NCBI GenBank assembly: GCA_943356525.1
Contig: CALRFG010000004.1
Coordinates: 290 to 64,289, forward strand
Direction: 5' to 3'
DNA from: Candidatus Nomurabacteria bacterium
Lineage (GTDB): Bacteria > Patescibacteriota > Minisyncoccia > Phycocordibacterales > CAIZLB01
Length of the DNA: 64,000 nt
Positions 7,844 through 17,964 of this stretch are shown here, piece after piece. Positions within the stretch are counted from its first letter, which is position 1. Each line of letters opens with the position of its first letter. The position numbers and the translations under genes were made by a program. The notes below the pieces were generated by a model, which was not told the DNA's origin, did no database searches, and worked only from the letters and a program-made list of their open reading frames with translations.

Positions 7844-8017
7844 ATGTCAAAAAACCACATCGAAAACTCCGGTAAACCTTATACAAAAGAGGAGATAGCA
7901 AAGCTCAAAGTTCTTACTAAAACAAAAACTCCCATGAAAGACATCTGCCTTGCCTTAGGTCGCTCTGGTGGAAGTATTAAAAATATAGCTGAGAAAAATG
8001 GTATTAGTTTAAAATAA
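7844..8017 (+). CDS. Small HTH-like DNA-binding protein of 57 aa
   Basis: MSKNHIENSGKPYTKEEIAKLKVLTKTKTPMKDICLALGRSGGSIKNIAEKNGISLK. The '...DICLALGRSGGSIKNIAEKNGIS' stretch looks like a sigma-region-4/Xre-like helix-turn-helix. The 3' end overlaps the convergent hydrolase gene by 14 nt. Confidence 0.35.
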   Translation: MSKNHIENSGKPYTKEEIAKLKVLTKTKTPMKDICLALGRSGGSIKNIAEKNGISLK

Positions 8018-8684
8018 ACTCCGATTTCAAAACTTTGTTGACTACAGGTAATACATTTTCCTTAACTATTTTCTCATAACCTTGTTTGTTTGGATGTATA
8101 CCATCATCAATATTTAAGGACTTAACTAAGACAACGTTTTCCAGGAAAATTGGTACAAGTGCTACATCGTATTTCTTTGCAAGATCTTTATATATCACGT
8201 CAAACTTTTTCTTATATGCAAAGCTGTTACTTATCTGCGCTTCCATACCTAAAAGTATCACTGATATATTTTTATCTTTAAAAGCCAATATTATTTTTTC
8301 TAGGTTAGACTTTACTAACTCTGGACTCGTTGCCCGAAGCATATCGTTTCCACCAAGACCTATAAGTACAAGGTCTGGTTTTTGAGATAAAACAAAATCT
8401 ACCCTTTCTAAGCCACCGGTAGTTGTTTCTCCAGATACACCCATATTTATAACCTCGATGCTCATATTTTCTTTTTTCAATTCTTTTTCAAGTTGGGCCG
8501 GATAACTTTCTTCAAGTTTTACACCATAACCAGCTGTTAAAGAATCACCGAAAGCTACTATTTTGAAAGTCTTACCAGTCTCTTGAATTTTCTTATTATC
8601 AGTTTTTAAATCAACGTCTTTATTATATAAAAAAATACCAATGGATGATATTATCACTATAATTATGATTAAAACGTATTTCAT
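8004..8684 (-). CDS. Secreted SGNH/GDSL-family hydrolase resembling TesA arylesterase/thioesterase I
   Basis: 'AFGDSLTAGYG', 'GGNDM' and 'DGIHPN' supply the catalytic S, G, N and H blocks. There is an N-terminal signal/transmembrane segment. The gene is divergent from a LolD/FtsX-type ABC pair, as tesA is from ybbA-ybbP in E. coli. Confidence 0.75.
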   Translation of the reverse strand: MKYVLIIIIVIISSIGIFLYNKDVDLKTDNKKIQETGKTFKIVAFGDSLTAGYGVKLEESYPAQLEKELKKENMSIEVINMGVSGETTTGGLERVDFVLSQKPDLVLIGLGGNDMLRATSPELVKSNLEKIILAFKDKNISVILLGMEAQISNSFAYKKKFDVIYKDLAKKYDVALVPIFLENVVLVKSLNIDDGIHPNKQGYEKIVKENVLPVVNKVLKSEFILN

Positions 8685-8728
8685 ATCAATGATTATAACA
8701 CATATTATTATGCTACAATAAGCATATT

Positions 8729-9406
8729 ATGATTATTTTAGAAAATATAGTAAAAACTTTTACTGATGGAGATAAAAATCTTGAGATCTTAAAAAATATA
8801 TCCATAAAAATAGAGACAGGTAAAAAAGTAGCTATCATAGGACCGTCTGGATCTGGTAAAACAACACTTTTATCTATCATGTCTGGTTTAGACAAGCCAA
8901 GTTCAGGTCGTGTTATTATTGATGGCATTGATATTCATACATTATCAGAAAATGATATGTCTGTTTTTAGAAATAAAAAAATAAGTATTATATTTCAATC
9001 TTTCGAGCTTATACAATTTTTCACAGCATATGAAAACGCCATGCTACCATTGTCTATAAGAAATAGTAGAAATAAAGAAGAAGTTAATCAAGTTTTGGAA
9101 AAAGTTGGACTAACAAATCGTAAACATAATATGCCGTCAACTCTTTCAGGCGGAGAACAGCAACGTGTGTCTATAGCTAGAGCTGTACTTGCGGGAAGTG
9201 ATATTATTTTTGCAGACGAACCAACTGGAAACCTGGACTCAGTAAACGGAAAAAAAGTTTTAGAGTTACTACTTGAAGTAGTAAAGAAAACAAATAAAAC
9301 ATTTGTTATTATAACTCATGATATGAATATAGCGCGTCAGATGGACATTATTTATAGCATGGAAGACGGTATCTTAAAAAAATTAATTCAAGAAAATCTG
9401 ATATGA
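8729..9406 (+). CDS. ABC transporter ATP-binding protein of the LolD/YbbA/MacB-NBD type
   Basis: Walker A 'GPSGSGKTT', signature 'LSGGEQQRVSIARA', Walker B 'IIFADEPTGNLD'. The upstream promoter shares 22 bp with the promoter at 17945. Confidence 0.85.
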   Translation: MIILENIVKTFTDGDKNLEILKNISIKIETGKKVAIIGPSGSGKTTLLSIMSGLDKPSSGRVIIDGIDIHTLSENDMSVFRNKKISIIFQSFELIQFFTAYENAMLPLSIRNSRNKEEVNQVLEKVGLTNRKHNMPSTLSGGEQQRVSIARAVLAGSDIIFADEPTGNLDSVNGKKVLELLLEVVKKTNKTFVIITHDMNIARQMDIIYSMEDGILKKLIQENLI

Positions 9407-11871
9407 TCGCATACTTTACTAGAATACTCTTTAAAAGAAGTTACAAATATCTTGCATTAACTTTTTTTAGTATTGCTTTAGGTTCATTTTTGTTTGGGTC
9501 AATATTATCTTTAACTCAAAGTATATCTTCATATTTTGAAAAAGAAGGAAAAACAATTATAGGTGGAGATATAGTTTTATCATCACCGCGTCCTATAGAT
9601 ATATCTGATCCAGTTTTAAAAAACTTATTGGAGGAAGGTCATATTTCAAATACAGAATATCAAGTGCAGGCAGTTTTTAAAAATCCTAATAGTACCTCAA
9701 CGACTCCTGCGTCTATAAGGGCGGTTGAAGATAGTTTTCCATTGTATGGAAAAGTTGAAAGTTTACCGCAACCTTTTTCTATTTCAGGAAATAATAGTTT
9801 TATTTATGCAGATCAGTCTTTTCTAGATAAACTTGATGTTAAAATTGGAGAAAAAGTTGAACTTGGAAAAGTCATGTATACAGTTGTCGGAACTATACAA
9901 AAAGAACCAGATGGTATTTATCTAGGTGTATCCTTTACACCGAGGGTTATCATGTCCATAAATGATTTTATAAATTCAGGAATAGATCTCTCTCAAAGCA
10001 GATCTACCTATAAACTCTCAATAAAACATAAGACGGAGGGTTTTTTTAGTAAAAATCAAATTGATAACTTACAAGCATATGCAAAAGAAAATAAAATAAG
10101 ATTTGATGATAGTTCTGATGGTCCAAACTCTCTGATACGAGGACTTTCATCAGTTACAAGTTTTATAGGTATAATTTTTTCTATAGTACTTTTTCTAGTG
10201 GTTATAAATACAATAGCAAATCTGAGTTATATATTATCAAAATTTAAAAAGTCCATTGCTATTTTAAAAAGTTTTGGAGCAAACTCTTTGCAGATTCAGT
10301 TAATATATAGTTTTATTTTGGCTATAATTGGTTTTTTTTCAGGACTCATAGGTTCTTTTTTGGGGGTACTACTCTCCAATTCGTTGTTACCTGTTTTGTC
10401 AAGTTATATCAAAGCTTATATACTTAAGAGCGATATATTTACACTTTCATTTTTAGGTGGAATTGTAGGTTTACTTATTATGATCTCAGCATCACTTCCT
10501 TTTTTTGAATCATTGAGAAATGTATCTCCAAAATATCTATTGATAAGAGCTGGTGAAATTTCAAGAAAAAAAGTACTATCAATGTTTTTGTTTTATATAC
10601 CAATACCAATATTAATGATGATATTTTTATATTTTATTTCAGGAAATATAAAGCTAGTGTTTTACAGTGTTCTTCTTCTTGTTATTATTTTTTCTTTGTT
10701 TATGTTATTTTCATACGCATTATTACACTTGGCATATGTTTCTCGGAGTAAATATTCTTTTATGAAGCAAAGTATAATATCATCTCTCAAATGGCGTGGT
10801 ATGGAAACTATAATTATTTCAGCTTCTATTATGACAGCATTTTTAGGCATATTTATAGTTAGTACAGTTGAAAAAAACATAGTAGTAAATCTCCAGCAAA
10901 ATATTTCCCAAAGTGCACCGTCACTTTATGTAGTAGATATAAATAAAAGCCAGCTTGAACGAGTAAGAGTGATAGCAGGGTCAACATTTAAAGAGTTTGC
11001 TAGTATAAGAGGTAGATTGCTTCGTGTAAATGAAAAAGATATGACCATATCTGATAATCCTGGAATAACAAGAGAAATAAACATGACATATAGTGATGTA
11101 TTATTGAATAACGAAAATATAGTAAGTGGGGATTGGCATGGTGACACCGGTAAAAAGAGGTCTGTATCTATAGACTCTTCTTTTGCGGAAGAGTTGGGTG
11201 GGGTGAAGGTAGGTGATGAGATAGAGGTTTTTATACAAGGTATAAAAATAATTTCAACTGTTACAAGTTTGAGGGAGACAGAAAAGTCGTCAGGTACTCC
11301 TTTTTTCTTTCTAGTATTTTCACCTGATGTACTTGAAAGTTTCCCTGCTTCGTATTTTGCTACTGTATCAGCAGTACCTGAAGAAATAAAAAATATAGAA
11401 AATACCTTAGGTTTAGAATTTCCAAATATAATACCAATACAAACACTAAAGATACTAGATACAGTGAACGGAATATTAAAAAATATTATTCTTATTGTTA
11501 AACTTTTAGGTATACCGAGTATCGTTCTAGGTTTACTATTAATAATAATTATGACCAGTCAATCTATCTATGAAAGAAAATCAGACGTACTTTTACTGCG
11601 TGCTTTCGGATATGATAAAAAAAATATATTGAAACTATTTGTGTTTGAAACCTGCTCTATTGTTTTAATAGCAAGTCTTGTTGCGTATTTTATAGCAAAT
11701 TTGATCGCGTATATTTTAAACGTATATGTTTTTGATTTTTCTACCTTTGTATTTACTGAAATACCTTTGTACATATCATTAATTACTATAGTGATTGTGA
11801 CGATATTTGCTCACACTATTTCCAGTTCCATAGTTAATCAATCTTTAAAAAAATTATTGGCTGAGAAGTAG
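9403..11871 (+). CDS. ABC transporter permease with FtsX-like domains (YbbP-like), containing duplicated 4-TM FtsX modules
   Basis: 822 aa with two hydrophobic FtsX-type modules separated by large extracytoplasmic domains. Its start overlaps the NBD gene stop (ATGA). Confidence 0.7.
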   Translation: MIAYFTRILFKRSYKYLALTFFSIALGSFLFGSILSLTQSISSYFEKEGKTIIGGDIVLSSPRPIDISDPVLKNLLEEGHISNTEYQVQAVFKNPNSTSTTPASIRAVEDSFPLYGKVESLPQPFSISGNNSFIYADQSFLDKLDVKIGEKVELGKVMYTVVGTIQKEPDGIYLGVSFTPRVIMSINDFINSGIDLSQSRSTYKLSIKHKTEGFFSKNQIDNLQAYAKENKIRFDDSSDGPNSLIRGLSSVTSFIGIIFSIVLFLVVINTIANLSYILSKFKKSIAILKSFGANSLQIQLIYSFILAIIGFFSGLIGSFLGVLLSNSLLPVLSSYIKAYILKSDIFTLSFLGGIVGLLIMISASLPFFESLRNVSPKYLLIRAGEISRKKVLSMFLFYIPIPILMMIFLYFISGNIKLVFYSVLLLVIIFSLFMLFSYALLHLAYVSRSKYSFMKQSIISSLKWRGMETIIISASIMTAFLGIFIVSTVEKNIVVNLQQNISQSAPSLYVVDINKSQLERVRVIAGSTFKEFASIRGRLLRVNEKDMTISDNPGITREINMTYSDVLLNNENIVSGDWHGDTGKKRSVSIDSSFAEELGGVKVGDEIEVFIQGIKIISTVTSLRETEKSSGTPFFFLVFSPDVLESFPASYFATVSAVPEEIKNIENTLGLEFPNIIPIQTLKILDTVNGILKNIILIVKLLGIPSIVLGLLLIIIMTSQSIYERKSDVLLLRAFGYDKKNILKLFVFETCSIVLIASLVAYFIANLIAYILNVYVFDFSTFVFTEIPLYISLITIVIVTIFAHTISSSIVNQSLKKLLAEK

Positions 11872-11915
11872 GAATGGGTGGATAATTAAGATTATTAAAT
11901 GCTATTATTAATCTT

Positions 11916-12473
11916 ATGATTCAAACTCTACAAACATTTCTCATAGACTATCCAATCATCGCTCCAGCTATTTTCATATTTATACGTATACTCCCTGTGG
12001 TTATTCCACCGATACCAGGACTTGTTATCGATGCAGTTGGAGTTATAGTTTTTGGATGGTTTTGGGGATTTATTTATGCGACTACAGGAATCGTTATAGC
12101 CTCGATGATTTCATTTTATATAGGCCGTAAATACAGAGAGCCATTGATTGGAAAATTTATCTCTATACAGAAAATACATGAGCTCGAAGATAAACTATCA
12201 GATAAACAAAAGTTTTGGGCACTAGTTGGTATTCGATTTGTATCAGCTCCATTTTTTGACATTATCAACTATGTTGCAGGATTAACCAAAATAAAAGCTT
12301 CACAGTATTTTTTTAGTTCTATTATGGTTTCAGCACCACTTAGCTTTATGATTTATTATTTTGGAGGAATTATTTTAAACACACCAATAATAATCATCAC
12401 CACTATTGTTTTTTTGATTCCGCTAATGATCTGGTATAAAAAAAGAAATGGTAGAATGCCTGATGTTGTATAG
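11916..12473 (+). CDS. DedA/TVP38/TMEM64-family membrane protein
   Basis: 'VIPPIPGLVIDAVGVIVFG' re-entrant motif typical of DedA/SNARE-associated proteins. Confidence 0.65.
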   Translation: MIQTLQTFLIDYPIIAPAIFIFIRILPVVIPPIPGLVIDAVGVIVFGWFWGFIYATTGIVIASMISFYIGRKYREPLIGKFISIQKIHELEDKLSDKQKFWALVGIRFVSAPFFDIINYVAGLTKIKASQYFFSSIMVSAPLSFMIYYFGGIILNTPIIIITTIVFLIPLMIWYKKRNGRMPDVV

Positions 12474-12526
12474 GTACAAACTAATGAAGAAACTACTAAT
12501 TAGTTTTGTATGATATAATCTTATTT

Positions 12527-13420
12527 ATGGATAAGTCTCATGAAAAAAATAATGTGATTAAAATTATTATACTTATAGCTATTTTTAGTACACTTATCTC
12601 ATATATAGTTTGGGGTGAGTACAGATTAAAATTGTCAACAGAAACAATAGAAGAATTAAAATTACAAAATTACAATTATAATAACAAATTTTTAGATTTA
12701 AAAAATATATTAGCATCATCAACAGATTCTTTTGATAATTTATATAACACACTTACTGGCGTTATAAATGAAGAAGGTTTAAAAAATAAATCACTTGAAG
12801 AAAAAGTTTTGATTTTAGACAAAATAACTAAGACCGATCCACAGTTATTGCAAAAATATTCTAAAGTATTTTTCTTAAATGAAAATTATGTACCACGTGA
12901 GACTCAAGCTATTTTGCCAGAATATACAGTATATCCAAAAAATGAATATAGTTTACATGTTGATGTTATGTATTTTTTGGTATCAATGCTAGATGATGCT
13001 AGAAAAGAAAATCAGGATATTTTGGTAGTATCTGCATATCGTTCATTTCAAACACAAACAAGTTTAAAATTAAAAAATAAAGTTGTATATGGCGCGAACA
13101 CAGCAAATAGATTTATTGCTGAACAAGGATATTCAGAGCATCAACTGGGAACTACTGTTGACTTAACAACATCCGATATCAGAGCTGCAAATATAGCTTT
13201 TGAAAAAACTAAAGAATATATATGGTTACAAAATAATGCCCATAAATACGGCTTTACAATTTCTTATCCAAAAGGGAATAAATACTATGCATATGAACCT
13301 TGGCATTGGCGTTTTGTTGGTAAGGCTTTAGCGACTCAGTTATACAATGATAAGATTAATTTTCATAATCTAGAGCAGAGGTACATTGATGGATATTTAC
13401 TGGGTATGTTTGATCGGTAA
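12527..13420 (+). CDS. Peptidase M15 D-alanyl-D-alanine carboxypeptidase (VanY-like)
   Basis: 'SAYRSFQTQ', 'SEHQLGTTVDL' and 'EPWHWRFVG' are the Zn-binding H-x-D...H blocks. The start is taken at the ATG at 12527, 7 nt after the TGaTATAAT box. Confidence 0.75.
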   Translation: MDKSHEKNNVIKIIILIAIFSTLISYIVWGEYRLKLSTETIEELKLQNYNYNNKFLDLKNILASSTDSFDNLYNTLTGVINEEGLKNKSLEEKVLILDKITKTDPQLLQKYSKVFFLNENYVPRETQAILPEYTVYPKNEYSLHVDVMYFLVSMLDDARKENQDILVVSAYRSFQTQTSLKLKNKVVYGANTANRFIAEQGYSEHQLGTTVDLTTSDIRAANIAFEKTKEYIWLQNNAHKYGFTISYPKGNKYYAYEPWHWRFVGKALATQLYNDKINFHNLEQRYIDGYLLGMFDR

Positions 13421-13467
13421 ACTCTATCAAACTATAGGACGTAAAGATGCATCATACGAGATTGACT

Positions 13468-14244
13468 TTAATCCAAATCCATATCCAACTCTATCATTAC
13501 AGGACAATGGTCTGATCCAAACTGTTCACCCAGTATCTCTATCTTTGTAACCTTACTCCATAGTTCTTTACTGACAAATATATAATCAATACGCCAGCCT
13601 ATATTTCTGTCTCGGCTTCTGGTTTTCATATCCCACCAAGTGTATTCGGCTTTTTCTGGATATGCGGTTCGCCAAGTGTCAACGAAACTATCTGTGTATT
13701 TTTTTAACAACGCTCTTTCTTCTGGTGTGCAACCAAGTTTTCCTGCATTTTCTTTTGGACGAGCAAGGTCTATATCAGCAACTGTTGCGTTTACATCTCC
13801 TAGAAAAATAACAGGTTTATTTTTTTCGAGTTTTTTTGCAAGTTTTAAAAATTTATCATAATACTCAAGTTTATATTGAAAATGATCATCTGATTTTCCA
13901 CCGTTTGGCCAATAGCAGTTGATCAGATAAAAATCTTCATATTCAGCGATAATAGTTCGACCCTCATCGTCAAGAAAATTTTTATCACCCAAAGTTCCTT
14001 TAACATCGAGTGGTTCTTCTCGAGAATAAATAGCTACCCCTGAATAACCTTTTCGCATAGTTGCAGATTCGAAGTATGTATAATAACCATCATGATTTTT
14101 TGTATCATCATGAAGTTGTTCGATAGAGGATTTTGTTTCTTGTAAACCTAATATGTCAGGTTGGTATTTTTTTATAAGGTTTTGTAATTCACCTTTTTTC
14201 CAGACCGCGCGTAGACCGTTTACATTCCAGGTGATGATTTTCAT
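13468..14244 (-). CDS. xth: Exodeoxyribonuclease III (AP endonuclease, ExoIII/APE1 family)
   Basis: 'MKIITWNVNGLR', 'GLQETK' and a C-terminal 'SDHCPV' are the canonical EEP-family motifs. Confidence 0.85.
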   Translation of the reverse strand: MKIITWNVNGLRAVWKKGELQNLIKKYQPDILGLQETKSSIEQLHDDTKNHDGYYTYFESATMRKGYSGVAIYSREEPLDVKGTLGDKNFLDDEGRTIIAEYEDFYLINCYWPNGGKSDDHFQYKLEYYDKFLKLAKKLEKNKPVIFLGDVNATVADIDLARPKENAGKLGCTPEERALLKKYTDSFVDTWRTAYPEKAEYTWWDMKTRSRDRNIGWRIDYIFVSKELWSKVTKIEILGEQFGSDHCPVMIELDMDLD

Positions 14245-14284
14245 ATGTGTATCTTACTATATTATTATGCTAAAATCACCCCAT

Positions 14285-16072
14285 ATGACAAACATAAAAT
14301 CAGCTATAAAAACCGAATGGGATTTTTCAAAATTATATAAAAACATAAATGATTCTAAAATTGAAAAGGATGTTGATGCAATCTGCAAACATTTTTTAGC
14401 ATTTGCAAAAAAGTATAAAGATTTAAAATTCTTGAAAAGTTCTAAGGGCATGTTGGAGGCTTTAAAAGATTGCGATTTGTTATCGAGTAAAACATCAGCG
14501 ATACCTATTTGGTATCTAGGTTTACAGCAATCATTAAATAGCTCCGATGATAATATACAAGGAAAAATAAATATATTATCTGATAAATATTTAAAAGCCT
14601 CGAAAGAAGTTATTTTCTTCGATCTAGCCATTTCTAAGTTGGATAAAAAAATACAAGAAAAATATCTTAAAGATAAAACCTTAGCTAAGTATAAATACCT
14701 ACTAGAAAGTTCATTTTTAACTGGTAAATATTTATTGTCTGAAAGTGAAGAAAAAATTATGACTGATAAAAGTAAAGTTGCTCATGAGGCTTGGGAAGAT
14801 ATGGGACAGAAAAATAGAGGAGAACAAAAGATAAAATTTAAAAATAAAGAAATGAGTTTGACTGAGGCTATGGGTATAAAGTCTGATTTACCAAAAACAG
14901 ATAGAAGGGCTTTGCATAAACTTGTTATGGAGAGATATAAAGATATATCCTTTATAGCAGAATCTGAGCTCAATGCAGTTATAAGAAATAAGAAAATTGA
15001 TGACGAAATCAGGGGTTTTACTAAACCCTATGAATCAACAATAATCGGATATCATAATGATGTTAAATCTATAGAAAATCTGGTTAATGTTGTTACAAAG
15101 CATAACTATATTTCACATAGATTTTTTAAATTAAAAGCTAAGATTTTAAATACTGCTGAGAAAAGTGAAGATAAAAAAATAACAATGGCTGAGTTAGCTA
15201 CAGGTATATCAACAGCAAAAACTAAAAAGAAAATTTCTTTTGAGCAAGGTTGTGAACTAGTAACGAATGCATTTGCAAAAGTTGATACTGAATTTTCAGA
15301 TATATTTCAGTCATATTTAAAAAATGGGCAAATAGATACATTTCCAAAATTAGGAAAAAGGTCAGGAGCCTTTTGTTCTTCCATAGTTAATGCACCTACA
15401 TATGTATTATTAAATTATGTTGATAAATTAAACGATGTTTCGACTCTCGCACATGAGATGGGTCATGCCATACATTCTGATCTGTCTAGAAAACAAGACA
15501 GTATATATCAAGATTATCCAATATCTATAGCTGAAGTAGCATCTACTTTCTTTGAAAATATTTTGTTCGATAATCTTTTAGAGATTGCTTCAATAGAAGA
15601 AAAAAAGGATTTATTGGTAGGAAAAGTACAAGACGATGTGTTTACTATATTTGCACAGATTGCATATTTTCAATATGAGAAAAATATTCACAAAGCAGTA
15701 AAGGATAAAGGTTTTGTCTCAAAAGAAGAGTTTGCTTCTATGTTTGTAGATTGTAGAAAATCATACGCTGGTGATGCTGTTGATGTTACTGAAACTGATG
15801 GTTATGGATATGTATATATAAATCATTTTAGATCATTCTTTTATGTTTATAGCTATGCTTATGGTCAACTTATAGCCAATGCATTGTATGAGGAATACAA
15901 GAAAGATAAATCATTTGGTGTTAAAATAAAAAAGTTTTTGAGTGCAGGAGGGTCAATGTCACCTGAGGATATTTTTAAAAGCATAGGAATTGATACAAGT
16001 AAACCAGACTTTTTCCTAAAAGGTCTTAAAAAAATAGAGAAGGATTTGGATGAGGTTGAGAAGATGTTTTAA
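14285..16072 (+). CDS. pepF: Oligoendopeptidase F (peptidase M3B)
   Basis: The zinc site is 'HEMGHAIH' (HExxH). The start is taken at the ATG at 14285, 8 nt after the TGCTAAAAT box. The 5' part of the listed ORF overlaps xth and is not coding. Confidence 0.8.
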   Translation: MTNIKSAIKTEWDFSKLYKNINDSKIEKDVDAICKHFLAFAKKYKDLKFLKSSKGMLEALKDCDLLSSKTSAIPIWYLGLQQSLNSSDDNIQGKINILSDKYLKASKEVIFFDLAISKLDKKIQEKYLKDKTLAKYKYLLESSFLTGKYLLSESEEKIMTDKSKVAHEAWEDMGQKNRGEQKIKFKNKEMSLTEAMGIKSDLPKTDRRALHKLVMERYKDISFIAESELNAVIRNKKIDDEIRGFTKPYESTIIGYHNDVKSIENLVNVVTKHNYISHRFFKLKAKILNTAEKSEDKKITMAELATGISTAKTKKKISFEQGCELVTNAFAKVDTEFSDIFQSYLKNGQIDTFPKLGKRSGAFCSSIVNAPTYVLLNYVDKLNDVSTLAHEMGHAIHSDLSRKQDSIYQDYPISIAEVASTFFENILFDNLLEIASIEEKKDLLVGKVQDDVFTIFAQIAYFQYEKNIHKAVKDKGFVSKEEFASMFVDCRKSYAGDAVDVTETDGYGYVYINHFRSFFYVYSYAYGQLIANALYEEYKKDKSFGVKIKKFLSAGGSMSPEDIFKSIGIDTSKPDFFLKGLKKIEKDLDEVEKMF

Positions 16073-16120
16073 TTTTTATTTATCGACAAAAACCCTCAAA
16101 TAATGTATAATCAAAAACCT

Positions 16121-17941
16121 ATGATGTCACATGAGATCAGACAAAAATTTCTAGATTTCTTTGCAAGTAAAGACCATGCAATAATCAAATCGGCCCCAAT
16201 AGTCCCTGAAAATGACGCCTCTGTCCTTTTTAATATTGCTGGTATGCAGCCTCTTGTACCTTATCTATTGGGCGAAGCTCATCCTGAAGGTAAACGTTTG
16301 GCAAATCTACAAAAATGTATCAGAACTATTGATATCGAAGAAGTTGGCGATAGTCGACATTTAACTTTTTTTGAAATGATGGGAAATTGGTCTTTAGGTG
16401 ATTATTTTAAAACTGAAGCTATAAACTGGTCTTATGAATTGTTAACGGATCTTGAGGTAGGTTTTGGTTTGGATCCCAATAGACTTTATGTAACTTGTTT
16501 TGAGGGAGATGAAGATGCTCCGAAAGATGAAGAGTCGGCGAAGATTTGGGAAGATATTTTCAAAAAAAACGGAGTGTCTACAAACAGAATATTTTTCTTA
16601 CCTAAAAAAAATAACTGGTGGAGTGCAGGAGAGAACGGACCTTGCGGACCCGACACTGAAATGTTCTACGACATTACAGGAAAACATCGTGACGGATTAG
16701 ATCTGGAAGAGTATCTTAAACTCGACGATAGAGGTGAACTTGTGGAGATTTGGAATGACGTGTTCATGGAGTATCTTAAAAAAGATGGAAAGATTATTTC
16801 AAAGCTCCAAACTAAAAATGTTGATACAGGTTCTGGTTTTGAGCGTATAGTAATGATGGTTCAAGGAGTGAACTCAGTCTATGAGACTGATATATTTAAG
16901 CCTGTTCTTGAAAAGATAGAATCTTTAGTGACAAATAAAAATATTGCTGAATTCGAAAAAGTTAAATCATCTCGTATCATAGCCGATCACGTAAGAACCG
17001 CGGTAATCATGTTATCCGATGGAGTTATTTTTTCAAATACAGATCAAGGTTATATACTTAGACGTTTAATTCGTCGTGCGCTTCGTCACGCTGATGTTTT
17101 AGGTTTGTCTGAGAACTCACTTTATATGATAGCTGATATTTTTACTGATTATTATAAAGAGGTATATGAGAACGTAGCAAAACAAAAAGAAACTATAAAA
17201 GTTGCCATAAGTGCTGAAGAAAAAAAATTTAGAAAAGCTTTGATACAGGGTATAAAAGAATTTAATAAAATTGTTGCACACAATAAAGAAGAAAATTTAA
17301 ATACTATTGATTCACAAAAAGTATTTACACTATTTGAATCATATGGATTTCCTATAGAAATGATCGAAGAGTTGGCAACTGAAAATAAGTTGACCATAGA
17401 TAAATTGGAATTTGATCAATTGTTCAAAATCCACCAAGATAACTCAAGGGCAGGGGCAGAGAAAAAATTTAAAGGAGGTCTTGCAGGAGATGGTGTTTTG
17501 GAAGTAAAATATCACACGGCAACACACTTGCTACATCAAGCTCTACGTATGGTTTTAGGTGAAGCTGTACAGCAGAAAGGCTCAAATATCACAACAGAAA
17601 GATTACGTTTTGATTTTGCATTTGATAGAAAGATGACAGATGAGGAAAAAACAAAAGTTGAAAATATTGTAAATGAAAAAATAAAAGCAAGCTTGCCTGT
17701 AAATATGGTCACACTTCCAAAAGAAGAGGCTATAGAATCAGGTGCACTTCATTTCTTTGCTGACAAATACGGTGATATGGTAAATGTGTATTTTATGGGA
17801 GAAAATCTTGAAGATGCATTTTCAAAAGAATTCTGTGGAGGACCACATGTTAAAAACACTGGAGAGTTGGGTATATTTAAAATCGCTAAAGAGGAGGCTG
17901 TGTCACAAGGAGTTAGACGTATCAAGGCTGTTTTGGAATAA
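16121..17941 (+). CDS. alaS: Alanine--tRNA ligase, short form lacking the C-terminal C-Ala domain
   Basis: The class II core has 'FNIAGMQP', the editing-domain 'HTATHLLHQALR' and 'CGGPHV'. Length is about 606 aa against about 870 aa for canonical AlaRS. Start taken at the ATG at 16121 after TATAAT. Confidence 0.85.
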   Translation: MMSHEIRQKFLDFFASKDHAIIKSAPIVPENDASVLFNIAGMQPLVPYLLGEAHPEGKRLANLQKCIRTIDIEEVGDSRHLTFFEMMGNWSLGDYFKTEAINWSYELLTDLEVGFGLDPNRLYVTCFEGDEDAPKDEESAKIWEDIFKKNGVSTNRIFFLPKKNNWWSAGENGPCGPDTEMFYDITGKHRDGLDLEEYLKLDDRGELVEIWNDVFMEYLKKDGKIISKLQTKNVDTGSGFERIVMMVQGVNSVYETDIFKPVLEKIESLVTNKNIAEFEKVKSSRIIADHVRTAVIMLSDGVIFSNTDQGYILRRLIRRALRHADVLGLSENSLYMIADIFTDYYKEVYENVAKQKETIKVAISAEEKKFRKALIQGIKEFNKIVAHNKEENLNTIDSQKVFTLFESYGFPIEMIEELATENKLTIDKLEFDQLFKIHQDNSRAGAEKKFKGGLAGDGVLEVKYHTATHLLHQALRMVLGEAVQQKGSNITTERLRFDFAFDRKMTDEEKTKVENIVNEKIKASLPVNMVTLPKEEAIESGALHFFADKYGDMVNVYFMGENLEDAFSKEFCGGPHVKNTGELGIFKIAKEEAVSQGVRRIKAVLE

Positions 17942-17944
17942 TTC

Positions 17945-17964
17945 CGTGCTACAATAAGCATATT
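17945..17964 (+). promoter_or_regulatory. Extended -10 promoter GTGCTACAATAAGCATATTATGA
   Basis: A 22-bp stretch is identical to 8709-8730. The ATG follows 8 nt after TACAAT. Confidence 0.5.

Noticed and set aside
14153-14284. 5' extension of the pepF ORF overlapping xth on the opposite strand
   Set aside because: The extension overlaps the xth coding region by about 90 nt and is non-protein-like. The ATG at 14285 has the canonical extended -10 box 8 nt upstream.
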